In this document: piece after piece, positions 1 through 8,671 of the stretch
Layout: each line of letters opens with the position of its first letter
Position numbering within the stretch: the stretch's first letter is position 1
Source of the DNA: Kofleriaceae bacterium
GTDB taxonomy: Bacteria; Myxococcota_A; Polyangia; Haliangiales; Haliangiaceae
Length of the DNA stretch: 64,000 nucleotides
Reading direction: 5' to 3'
Assembly (NCBI GenBank): GCA_965215005.1
Contig: CBDCCZ010000014.1
Coordinates: 128,001 to 192,000 of the forward strand
Notes under the pieces: generated by a model
Seen by the model: only the letters and a program-made list of their open reading frames with translations
The model's database searches: none
Told to the model about the DNA's origin: nothing
Program-made: the position numbers and the translations under genes

Positions 1-3000
1 GGCTGAGGGCGATGCGTCCAACCAGCTGCGCGGTATAGGCATACGGCAGCACGCAGCTGGCCAACGAGGACCGCGACATCCGCCGAAAAAACGGCGAGAG
101 ATGGTCCCACGCCGCAGCAAGTCGTCCGTCGTAGAGCGCAATGTCGGCGTGCAGCGCGTGCCAGTAGAACTGCCGCAGCGTCGGCCGGCCCCGCACCGGC
201 GGCCCAACGTCATCGAGCTGGGCGAGCGCTTGCGCGGGTTCATCGGCAGCAAGCCACGAATAGACACCGCCCTGGGCGCGCAAGCTGTCATAAAGGTACA
301 AGTTGCCGTTCTCATGAGCGCGCCGCAACAGGGCTGGCAAGCGCGTGTTCAGCAGCGAAAGCGCGCCTCGATGCAACCAGGTGTTGACCAACGCCAAGCG
401 CAGCTGGTCGACGTCATACGTAAACCGCGACTCCAGCTCTGCCCGAGCGATGCTGGACTCGATTGCCTCTGCTGCGACGTTCAGCTCTTCGTAACGCAAC
501 AGTTTGACGTAGCCTCGCCAGCCATCGATGATCGCCACGAAACTAGGTGTCGCGTGCTCCGTTGCCAGCTCTGTGGCGCGCGCAAACAACGCTTCGCACT
601 TGACCTTTCCGGTCATGCCTTTCATCGCCGCGAGAAAGAGCGCTTCGTAGGCAATCGCCATGGCCGCCCGCGTCGGCTCGCCGACCTCGAGCGCGTCCGC
701 CAGCACCCGGCTCTGCAGCGCAAAGCCGAGCAGCGTATCGATAAAGCCAAGTCCGAGCGCGGTCTCCATGCCGAGATCCAGCCGCGCCAGCTCGCGCTCC
801 GAGCACGCCGCTTCGAGCCGCAGCTGGCGCACGTCCGTGCGGCGGCCCAACAAACGAGCGCGCTGCCGTAAAATGGCCATGACCGCCGCGAAGGTCGAGC
901 GCGGCAGCCCCGTGCCAACCGCGTGATTGGCTGCGCCGGCGTCGGCCATGGCCTCGTCCAGCCGGCCAACGCGCAACAAACACACCAGCGCCCGGCCGCG
1001 GAGATCTGCCGCCGTCGCTGGATCCACGTCGTTCGCCGCTTGGCGAAACGCCGCTGCTGCGGCGGCGAGCTGACCGGCGCGCTGCAGCGCATCCGCCCGA
1101 GCGATTTCTAGATGGGCGCGCTCAGGATCATTGGCGGGGCTCAGCTCGAGCGCGGCGCCGAGATGATTGGCGGCGCTGAAGAACGCCTGACCGTGGAGCG
1201 CTCGCTCCGCCGCCAACAACGCATACCCGCGGGCGCGATTCGCGGAGCCAGCGCCTCGCCAGTGATGAACCAGCGCCTCGAGATCGCGCTCGGGCACGCG
1301 CTCGAAGGCTCGCGCGAGCCGGCGGTGGAGCTTCTTGCGCGCTGGCTCGGTCATCGCAGCTACCACGGTTTCGCGGATGCGGTCGTGATAGGTGGTGAGG
1401 CGCTCGCCCTCGCGGGTTTGCTCGACGCGCAAAAAGCGACCAACGCGCAGCTGCGCCAGCGCTTGTGCGACCTCCACGACCCGCGCCGCTGCCACCAAAA
1501 CGTCGACGGGCTGCGGACGTGCAGCCAAGGCGGCAGCTTGCAGGAGATGGCGCGCTGGGTCGGGCAGCTCCGCCGCGCGATGACCGAGCAAGGCGTCGAG
1601 GCCGTGGAAGCTGGTCGCGAAGCTGTCGCGCGCAAACGCCAGCTCGGCGGCAAAGAACGGATTGCCTTCCGACTCGCGGGCCAGCCGTTGCACCAGCGGC
1701 GCCTCGGCCGACTCTCCGGTAAGCGTCGCGACGAGACCCTCGACCTCGTGCCGTCCCAGCGGCGCGAGTTCGAGCAGTCGCACGTCAGCGTTGGCACCCA
1801 CCACGCCCAGTTGGATGCGTAGCGCGGCGATCAGGGCAGGATCCCCGGCGCCATCGTTGCGATACGTGCCGAGGAGCAGCACGCCCGGCGACTCGGGGGC
1901 TTGCGCCAGCTCTACCAGCAGCGGCGCACTGTCGGCATCGCCCCACTGCAGATCGTCGATGCTAACGATCACCGGCCGGTGCTGTGCCAAACGGGCGAGC
2001 AGCGTCCGCAGCGCTACCGCGGCGCGACGGCGAATGGCGGCAGCGGGAGCACTGAGCTCGTTGCCAGCAAGCGCCTCGGCCACGGCCGCCGCTCGCCGCA
2101 GCGTCGGGAACAGGTGCGCGAGCGCATCGATTTCCTCGGGAACGACGCGGCGCGCGAGCTCGGGCGCGCCGCGAAGAAACCCGGCGATGGCATCGATCAC
2201 CGCATCGAGCGCCTTGAACGGAACCGACTCGCCTTCGTAGCAGCGCCCCGCGAACACCACCGCGTCGGTGTCATGAGACAGCGTCTCCACCGCATGCGCC
2301 ACCAGCGCGCTTTTGCCGGTTCCCGACGGCGCGCCCACGAGCACGGTCACCGCGCGGTTGGCTCTCGCGTCGGCAAACGCCGAGCGTATCCGCTCGAGCT
2401 CGGCAGCGCGGCCGACGAACGGAACATCGGGGGCGGCGCGGAAGCGCGACGGCATCGCCAGCGGAGCCACGCCGACGCTCGCCCGCAGATGCTCGGCCGG
2501 AGGGCGCCGCGCCGGCTCGATGTCGAGCAGCGCCATGGTTAGCGCGTCGAGCTCATCGCTCACGAGGCGGTTTACGCACCGCGGCGGCGTCACCGGCGCG
2601 ACGCTCTTGAGCGCAATGAGCTCATGAATGGTCGGTGCTTGAACCGGCAGCCGGCCGGTGAGCGCCTCGTACAACATCACCCCCACCGCGTACCAGTCAC
2701 TCGCCGTGGTGAGGCAGCTCGCTCCCGCTGATTGTTCCGGCGAGGCGTACGCAGGGGTGCCGAGAAACTGCCGCTCGTCGGCATGCAGCGGCGCGATCAG
2801 GCCGAAGTCGCAGATTACCACCCGACCTCGGCTGTCGACCAAAACGTTGGAGGGCTTGAGATCGCGGTGCAGCATGCCCCGCTCATGGAGCGCGGCAACG
2901 CCATCGATCAGCTGCGACAACGCGCTTTCCAGCCGCTCAGGGATGAGGACCGCCTGCTCGATGGCACGGCGGCGCGTGTCGCGAAGGCCGCCTTGCCTGC

Positions 3001-3493
3001 TCATCACGTCGGTGGTCGCCAGCGTCGGCGGCTGCGCGGAGGTCTGCGTGAGCTGCTGGGCCAGCGCCGCCGTCTCGAGCTCCGCGCTGCGATCGTCGGA
3101 GGACGGCGTGCGCGACGCCCCAAGCTCAGACTCCGAGCTGCCGGTGAGGCTGTCCGCAGGCGTGAGTATGTGTCGATAGGGGCGCACGTACTCGAGAAAC
3201 GAACGAGCGCCTTCGACGAGCTCCATCGCGACGCACCAGCCCTCGCCCTCAGGACTCGCGTGAAGCTCGTAGAGCGTCACCAAGTTTGGATGAATGAAAT
3301 CGGCGAGGGCGCGAAACTCCTGCTTGAAGCGATACAGCGAGTCGGGTCGCAGGGCGGTCAGCCACTTGAGCGCGAGCTCATGGCGTCGCACGTGATCGTA
3401 AACGCGATAAACGCGCCCCACGGCGCCCTCTCCCAACAGCTCGCGAACCGCGAAGCGGTCGCCCGGTACTCGCTCCTCGCCCCTCTCTGGCAT
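1..3493 (-). CDS. Ser/Thr protein kinase with AAA/P-loop ATPase domain (3' end runs off the window)
   Basis: Manual minus-strand translation from ATG 3493: LGEGAVGRVY, ALK, HPNLVTLYE, HRDLKPSNVL, DFGL, then Walker A GAPSGTGKS. Not in the ORF track, presumably because the stop lies outside the window; frame spot-checked only. Confidence 0.9.
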   Translation of the reverse strand, partial: MPERGEERVPGDRFAVRELLGEGAVGRVYRVYDHVRRHELALKWLTALRPDSLYRFKQEFRALADFIHPNLVTLYELHASPEGEGWCVAMELVEGARSFLEYVRPYRHILTPADSLTGSSESELGASRTPSSDDRSAELETAALAQQLTQTSAQPPTLATTDVMSRQGGLRDTRRRAIEQAVLIPERLESALSQLIDGVAALHERGMLHRDLKPSNVLVDSRGRVVICDFGLIAPLHADERQFLGTPAYASPEQSAGASCLTTASDWYAVGVMLYEALTGRLPVQAPTIHELIALKSVAPVTPPRCVNRLVSDELDALTMALLDIEPARRPPAEHLRASVGVAPLAMPSRFRAAPDVPFVGRAAELERIRSAFADARANRAVTVLVGAPSGTGKSALVAHAVETLSHDTDAVVFAGRCYEGESVPFKALDAVIDAIAGFLRGAPELARRVVPEEIDALAHLFPTLRRAAAVAEALAGNELSAPAAAIRRRAAVALRTLLARLAQHRPVIVSIDDLQWGDADSAPLLVELAQAPESPGVLLLGTYRNDGAGDPALIAALRIQLGVVGANADVRLLELAPLGRHEVEGLVATLTGESAEAPLVQRLARESEGNPFFAAELAFARDSFATSFHGLDALLGHRAAELPDPARHLLQAAALAARPQPVDVLVAAARVVEVAQALAQLRVGRFLRVEQTREGERLTTYHDRIRETVVAAMTEPARKKLHRRLARAFERVPERDLEALVHHWRGAGSANRARGYALLAAERALHGQAFFSAANHLGAALELSPANDPERAHLEIARADALQRAGQLAAAAAAFRQAANDVDPATAADLRGRALVCLLRVGRLDEAMADAGAANHAVGTGLPRSTFAAVMAILRQRARLLGRRTDVRQLRLEAACSERELARLDLGMETALGLGFIDTLLGFALQSRVLADALEVGEPTRAAMAIAYEALFLAAMKGMTGKVKCEALFARATELATEHATPSFVAIIDGWRGYVKLLRYEELNVAAEAIESSIARAELESRFTYDVDQLRLALVNTWLHRGALSLLNTRLPALLRRAHENGNLYLYDSLRAQGGVYSWLAADEPAQALAQLDDVGPPVRGRPTLRQFYWHALHADIALYDGRLAAAWDHLSPFFRRMSRSSLASCVLPYAYTAQLVGRIALS

Positions 3494-3806
3494 GGTGCTG
3501 GCTCCCCCAATTCTCACGACCGCAACCCCTAGATTTTCCTATTCTGCCATACCCGCCGCCGCCGATGGAGCCCCACCCCGCTGCTTCCAACGTGGAGGAA
3601 CCTCGCGCACACGTATCCCGCTGGTGAACGTTCGCGACCAGCGTGTTGCCCGGCGAACGCGGACAGCTGAAACGAGGGGGCCTCGGTGTCGAAGACCGCG
3701 TGCTGCGCGTTTCGTCAGCTGCCTGTGGCTCACGGTTAGTTGCCGCCCGGCAACAAGTCCAGCGTGACCGGGCGCGCCAGACGCGCCACGTGCTGGTTCG
3801 CAACCG

Positions 3807-3822
3807 TGGCACGCCGGCTGCT
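3807..3822 (+). promoter_or_regulatory. sigma54 (-24/-12) promoter of the RiPP operon
   Basis: TGGCACGCCGGCTGCT matches TGGCAC-N5-TTGCW with one mismatch, just upstream of ATG 3835. Confidence 0.6.
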
Positions 3823-3834
3823 CTACGCGCCGCC

Positions 3835-5082
3835 ATGGTGGCTACGCCGCTTCATGCATTTTTACCGAGCCCGGCTGTCTCCGAGCGTTCCTGTGAAGGG
3901 CCGGTCTGCGATCTCTTTGCAGCACTAGGCGGTCCCGACTTCCGCAAGCAGCAATTCGGCCGCGAGCTGGTATTTCGGCCCAACGCACTTTCACCCGAAG
4001 CGGCGCAAGGCCTACTCGACGTCACCGACGTCGAAGCACTCGTCCACACCCGCGGCGTCACCACGCGTCAGCAAATCGGTACCCGACACCGCGACGCCAC
4101 CATGGTTCGCTCGTTGCGCAGTCCGGGCGAGCTATACGAGCGGCTCACGGAGGGAGCCTCGCTTCAGCTGCGGCACCTCGAGGGTATTCTTGCACCGTCG
4201 GCGCCTCTGTCGCGAGCCGCGCAAGCTCTCGAGCACGCGCTCCAGCACCCGCTCGACTCGGTAAGCTGCTTTCTGACCCCACCCGGCAGCGCGACGCTGG
4301 GGCTCCACCACGACGCCACCGAAATCGTCACGATTCAGGTGCGTGGCACCAAACGATGGCGTCTCTACCACCGCGTATGGTCGCCGGAATCGGGGACCCA
4401 CGCCGCCGACGAGGTCGATGCCCCCGAGGTCGAGCTCACACTTGCGCCTGGCGACATCTTGTACACGCCAGGTGGCCTCATCCATGAGGTCGAAGCCGCG
4501 GATGAGCTGTCGATGTCGGTAACGATCGTCTTCGCGCCGTTGCGTTGGAATATCCTCCTCAACGTTCTCACCGAGCGCGCGGCGCGCCTTGCCCCGTTGC
4601 TCGATCTCGTCGATTTGACGGCAGCAGATGCAAACGGCTCCGAGGCTTTGGCGGCGGCCTTCGCTGCTCGCCGAGACCTGCTCATCGAGGAGCTCGAGCG
4701 CATGAACGTCGACGAGCTCGCTCACCGGGCACGCGAGCAACTGCTGACGGCGATGACTTGGAGCCACCGGCCCCATCTCGACGATGCATTCGCGGCCGCT
4801 CGCATCGATCTGGATACCCGCCTCGAGCATCGCTTCCCATGCGAGCTAGCCGTGTGTCGGCGCGGCGGACACGTTCACCTCACGGGTCCCGGCGGGACCG
4901 CCGCGGTGCTCCCGGCCGCCATCGAGCCCGAGCTTCGCGCGCTCGCTGCGCGGCGAGACGTCTGGCCGGTGATCGAGCTGTCCGCCCGCCTCCCCGAGAC
5001 CGAGCGCGTGGCGCTAGCGCGTCAACTGGTCCGGTCTGGGCTGATCCGCATCGCGCGCGGCAGCCAGGAGCCGCTGCCATGA
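3835..5082 (+). CDS. JmjC/Cupin_4 family Fe(II)/2-oxoglutarate oxygenase (ROXA/YcfD-like)
   Basis: GLHHDATEIVTIQVRGTKRWRLY (HxD) and LAPGDILYTPGGLIHEV (distal His), C-terminal wHTH-like tail; start uncertain, probably at or after 3835 rather than 3643. Confidence 0.85.
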   Translation: MVATPLHAFLPSPAVSERSCEGPVCDLFAALGGPDFRKQQFGRELVFRPNALSPEAAQGLLDVTDVEALVHTRGVTTRQQIGTRHRDATMVRSLRSPGELYERLTEGASLQLRHLEGILAPSAPLSRAAQALEHALQHPLDSVSCFLTPPGSATLGLHHDATEIVTIQVRGTKRWRLYHRVWSPESGTHAADEVDAPEVELTLAPGDILYTPGGLIHEVEAADELSMSVTIVFAPLRWNILLNVLTERAARLAPLLDLVDLTAADANGSEALAAAFAARRDLLIEELERMNVDELAHRAREQLLTAMTWSHRPHLDDAFAAARIDLDTRLEHRFPCELAVCRRGGHVHLTGPGGTAAVLPAAIEPELRALAARRDVWPVIELSARLPETERVALARQLVRSGLIRIARGSQEPLP

Positions 5083-5954
5083 ATGCCCCCCGCAGTCTGT
5101 CGCAGCTCGTCGGTCCAGAGGGACTCGCCGCGTTCTTTTCCGCGCATTGGGGCCACACGCCGTTGATTCGGCAAGTGATGGCGCCGGCGGAAGCGCTGCA
5201 ACTCGTTGACGAGGAGCAGTTTTGGATGCTCGTCGAGCGCGCAACTCGGCTTCCTGGCCAGCACGTGCGGGTGGCGCGCGCTACTACACGCGCAAACGAA
5301 CAACAGCGCTGGCTCACTCGCGCTCACGATGCGCGCGCCGCTTACCGCGACGGCTGGAGCATAACGCTTCACCATCTCGGCGCACTGCTTCCGCCCCAGC
5401 ACCCGCTCGTGGAGCTGGAGCGTGACATCGCCGACTCTGTCGGGGCTCTCGCCGAGGAGGCGCAGGTCGCCGCCATCCTGACCCCGAGTGGCGCGCGCGG
5501 CTTCACCATTCACCAGGACGACAACGAGTTCTTCTCGCTCCAGCTCGCCGGAACCAAAACGTGGACCCTCCACGGCATCGCCCCAACCCACGTGCGCGGC
5601 GCCGAGTGTCCCGTAACAGAGCGCCATGAGCTGGAATCTGGCGCCATGCTCTACGTCCCGCGGCACACTGTGCACGAGGTCGATGCCACCCCGGCCGCGA
5701 GCCTCTCCGCGGTGCTGATGTTCCGCGTCCCCACCTGGGCTCGCCTCGTGCGCACGCTGATCGAGCGAGCTCTGGTGGTCGACACCGATCGGCGCTGGCA
5801 CCGCACCGTTCCGCCCGCGCTCCTCCGCGGCTGCGGAGATGACACCGCCGCCGCCCAGGCCCTCGACCACCTCGCGCTGATCGCGGGCGCATCCGGGCTA
5901 CTGCGCGAATGGGTTCGCGAGCGAGAGGACACGCACCGCGGGCGCTCAAGCTAA
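5079..5954 (+). CDS. JmjC/Cupin_4 family oxygenase (second copy)
   Basis: ATGA overlap with the previous gene; GFTIHQDDNEFFSLQLAGTKTW and LESGAMLYVPRHTVHEV. Confidence 0.85.
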   Translation: MNAPRSLSQLVGPEGLAAFFSAHWGHTPLIRQVMAPAEALQLVDEEQFWMLVERATRLPGQHVRVARATTRANEQQRWLTRAHDARAAYRDGWSITLHHLGALLPPQHPLVELERDIADSVGALAEEAQVAAILTPSGARGFTIHQDDNEFFSLQLAGTKTWTLHGIAPTHVRGAECPVTERHELESGAMLYVPRHTVHEVDATPAASLSAVLMFRVPTWARLVRTLIERALVVDTDRRWHRTVPPALLRGCGDDTAAAQALDHLALIAGASGLLREWVREREDTHRGRSS

Positions 5955-6004
5955 CTCGCCTTACTTTTCCCGACCCTTTGCGATCAACCACAAGGAGACA
6001 TGAG

Positions 6005-6337
6005 ATGAAGAAAATGAACGACACCCTTAAAGCCCAAATCCGTCAGCTGCTTCGCCTAGCGGCCACCGATCCCGAGGTTCGCGCCGAGCTCCTCGCCGAT
6101 CCGGCATCTGCGCTCCGGCGCTTCGCTGGGGTCGAGATCGCGGCGGCCGACCTGCCTAGCTTCGTCGCCAGCGACGACGAGGCGTCGAGCGAGGACGCCA
6201 TCGTGATCCCGGCGCTGATCGCGCGTCCGCTCGGCAGCAATGAGCTGGCCGCCGCCACCGGAGGACGACAGTACGAGAACTGGGGCGGCGAGTTCGTCTC
6301 GGCCGCGATGGAGAACTGGGGCAGCGAAGTCATCTAA
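6005..6337 (+). CDS. NHLP (nitrile hydratase-like leader) RiPP precursor, 110 aa, double-Gly cleavage site, 23-aa core RQYENWGGEFVSAAMENWGSEVI
   Basis: AGGAG RBS; LLRLAATDPEVRAELLADPASAL and IVIP...LGSNELAAATGG match the NHLP leader pattern; flanked by maturase-like genes. Confidence 0.85.
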   Translation: MKKMNDTLKAQIRQLLRLAATDPEVRAELLADPASALRRFAGVEIAAADLPSFVASDDEASSEDAIVIPALIARPLGSNELAAATGGRQYENWGGEFVSAAMENWGSEVI

Positions 6338-6404
6338 TCACCGCCGACGCCGCACGGTCCACGGGCCGTGCGGCGTCCCCGCATGCACTGCCAGGAGCGC
6401 CCCC

Positions 6405-8135
6405 ATGGAAACCTCTCAGCTCAAGCTCATCGCTGATGGCGCCCGCACTCTCGAGGAGCTCGCGCGCGACCCAGAGCAGCGCGACGATGCGCCCTGGCGC
6501 GCGGCGTGGGCGTCTGCCATCGCCGGTCCCGGAGAATCTCCTGACGCCGTGCTGGCAGCGCGCTACGCCGAGCTCGGTGCGTATCGAGCGGACGAGCGCT
6601 GGCTTGACCTCGTCGCATATGCCCTCGGACGGGCCGCTCCGCCGGTCGAGCAGCCGCCCGAGCAGCCTGCGGCATCGGCATTCGTAGGGCCCTTCGTGAG
6701 CGCCGCGGCATTTTTTCTTACTAGTCGGCTCGAGAACGATGCCGTGCTAGGACCAGAGGCGTGGGCCGAGCTCGAGCGTGAGCTCGCTCGCGAGCTCGCC
6801 GCCTGCGCTGAGCAGGTCGTCACGCTCGAGCTCAACCTCTGGAAGGCGGCCCCGACGCTCGCCACCGCGAGCAGCTGGATCACCGGCCTTGACCGACGTA
6901 CCTACGGCGAGATCCTGGTCACGTATCCGGCGCTGGCCAGAATTCTGGCTGAACGTGCGCTGCTCTGGGTTGACCGCGTCTGTGCACTCGTGGCTCGGTT
7001 CACCCGCGACGGACACGCGCTGCACGAATCGCTGGCAGTTCCGCCCGGCGCCCGCGTGGTCTCCGTCCAAAGCACTCTCGGAGATCCGCACCTGGGGGGC
7101 GGCACCGCGCTCATCCTGCACCTCGAGCCGGGGCCGACGATCGTCTACAAACCACGGCCCGTAGACGCCGAAGCGTACCTTCTCGAGCTCGACCACTGGC
7201 TCGCCGCCCGCAATCCCGAGCTGGGGCTCCGACTCATGCCGGTGATTCCGCGGCAGGGCTATGGGTGGATGGGCTTTGCGCCACACCGCGCCTGCCGTTC
7301 GATGGAGGAGATCGAGAAGTTCTATCGCTGCGCAGGCCGGCTGCTCGGCATCCTGCACCTGCTGTGCGGGACCGATATGAACCACGAAAACATCATCGCG
7401 ATGGGCGACGCCGCGGTGCCGATCGATACCGAGATGCTGTTTACCCCGCAGCTGCACCCAGACGAGCACGAAGCTCGCTCGACGGTGCTCGATACTCTGC
7501 TCTTGCCCACCCCAGCTGCGGAGCGACCCGATCATCCTGCGGATCCCTGTGGATTGGGCTCGTGCACCGGCTCGTGGAATTCGCGCGGGCAGTGGTTTGC
7601 GAGTCAACACCAGCCCCGCCTAGGTGACCGGCGCGTACCCGCACACGAACATGCGGCGGCCATCGATGAGGGATTCACCGCGATATATCGCGCGGCCCTC
7701 CGCCACGAGCGTGAGCTCATCGCGCAGAGCGGTCCGCTCGAGCGCGCTGCGAGCATCATCACGCGCATCGTCAGGCTCACCACGGTCCAATACGCTCGCA
7801 TCCTCGGCGCCAGCTTTCAGCCCGAGCTCCTTCGTGCCGGCTACCGGCGCGGCGCGTTGCTGGAATCGCTGACGCGGGGCCTGTGGACGGTCGAGCACGA
7901 CGGTGCACGACAGGCACGCACCGTCCGCCTGGACGAGATTCGCTCGCTCCTCGTCGGTGACGTCCCCTACTTTCAGATTCGCGCCGACGCCGCCGGCGCC
8001 CCGGTGGGCTTCGTGCGGTCCGGCCTCGATCGCGCGCGGCGCCGGATCGAGCGGCTGTCGGAGGACGACCTCGATCGCCAGCGGGCCATCATCCACCAGA
8101 GCTTTCGCCATGAGCAGGAGGAGCGCGTCGCGTGA
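6405..8135 (+). CDS. LanM-type dehydratase domain protein (DUF4135-like) lacking the LanC cyclase domain
   Basis: AGGAG RBS; motifs LGDPH, IVYKPR, YGWM, TDMNHENII, PIDTE, R-x5-T-xxY, GDVPYF; ends at LSEDDLDRQRAII (576 aa). Confidence 0.85.
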   Translation: METSQLKLIADGARTLEELARDPEQRDDAPWRAAWASAIAGPGESPDAVLAARYAELGAYRADERWLDLVAYALGRAAPPVEQPPEQPAASAFVGPFVSAAAFFLTSRLENDAVLGPEAWAELERELARELAACAEQVVTLELNLWKAAPTLATASSWITGLDRRTYGEILVTYPALARILAERALLWVDRVCALVARFTRDGHALHESLAVPPGARVVSVQSTLGDPHLGGGTALILHLEPGPTIVYKPRPVDAEAYLLELDHWLAARNPELGLRLMPVIPRQGYGWMGFAPHRACRSMEEIEKFYRCAGRLLGILHLLCGTDMNHENIIAMGDAAVPIDTEMLFTPQLHPDEHEARSTVLDTLLLPTPAAERPDHPADPCGLGSCTGSWNSRGQWFASQHQPRLGDRRVPAHEHAAAIDEGFTAIYRAALRHERELIAQSGPLERAASIITRIVRLTTVQYARILGASFQPELLRAGYRRGALLESLTRGLWTVEHDGARQARTVRLDEIRSLLVGDVPYFQIRADAAGAPVGFVRSGLDRARRRIERLSEDDLDRQRAIIHQSFRHEQEERVA

Positions 8136-8671
8136 GAACCGAGCAGCTGATCGCCGCGATAGCGGCGCTCGAGGTGGCAAACATGAGCGACGTGCTCGCC
8201 GGCATGGGGGTCGAGCTCGACCAAGACGACATCCGCGCGTCGGTTGCCGCCGATCTCGCCCGCGGGATGCCGCTCGCTGCCGTCGTGGACGACGATGCTT
8301 TGCTCGGCTACTGGCGCTACGTACGCGAATGCGCGACCGGTGACGTGTTCCTCAAGAGTCTTCAGCTACGGGCGCCCGGCCGGTCGGCGGCCGCGCTGCG
8401 CACCCTCCTGTCGACCGCGCGGCACTGCCTGGCTGCCGAGAACGGCAAGACCGTGCGTGCCGTCGTGCAGCGCCAGAACCTGCGCTCCCTCGGCATCCAT
8501 CGGCGGCTAGGCTTCCATGTCGCGCGCGAACATCCGCATGCGCTCGCCCTCGCGATCGACCGCAACCGCCTCGTCGCGAGCTTGCCCCACCCCCGGCGCG
8601 GGCCCGTGGTCCTCCTCAATGCCCCGCTCGACGGCGGCTTGCGGCCGACGAGCCCCCACGAGGCATCATGA
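8132..8671 (+). CDS. GNAT family N-acyltransferase
   Basis: GTGA overlap; VRAVVQRQNLRSLGIHRRLGF resembles the C-terminal GNAT motif. Confidence 0.65.
   Translation: MRTEQLIAAIAALEVANMSDVLAGMGVELDQDDIRASVAADLARGMPLAAVVDDDALLGYWRYVRECATGDVFLKSLQLRAPGRSAAALRTLLSTARHCLAAENGKTVRAVVQRQNLRSLGIHRRLGFHVAREHPHALALAIDRNRLVASLPHPRRGPVVLLNAPLDGGLRPTSPHEAS

Noticed and set aside
101..3532. Plus-strand ORFs of 100-270 aa
   Set aside because: Shadow ORFs antisense to the kinase gene in high-GC DNA
6005..8135. Calling the cluster a class II lanthipeptide
   Set aside because: No Cys in the core and no LanC cyclase domain, so lanthionine rings cannot form
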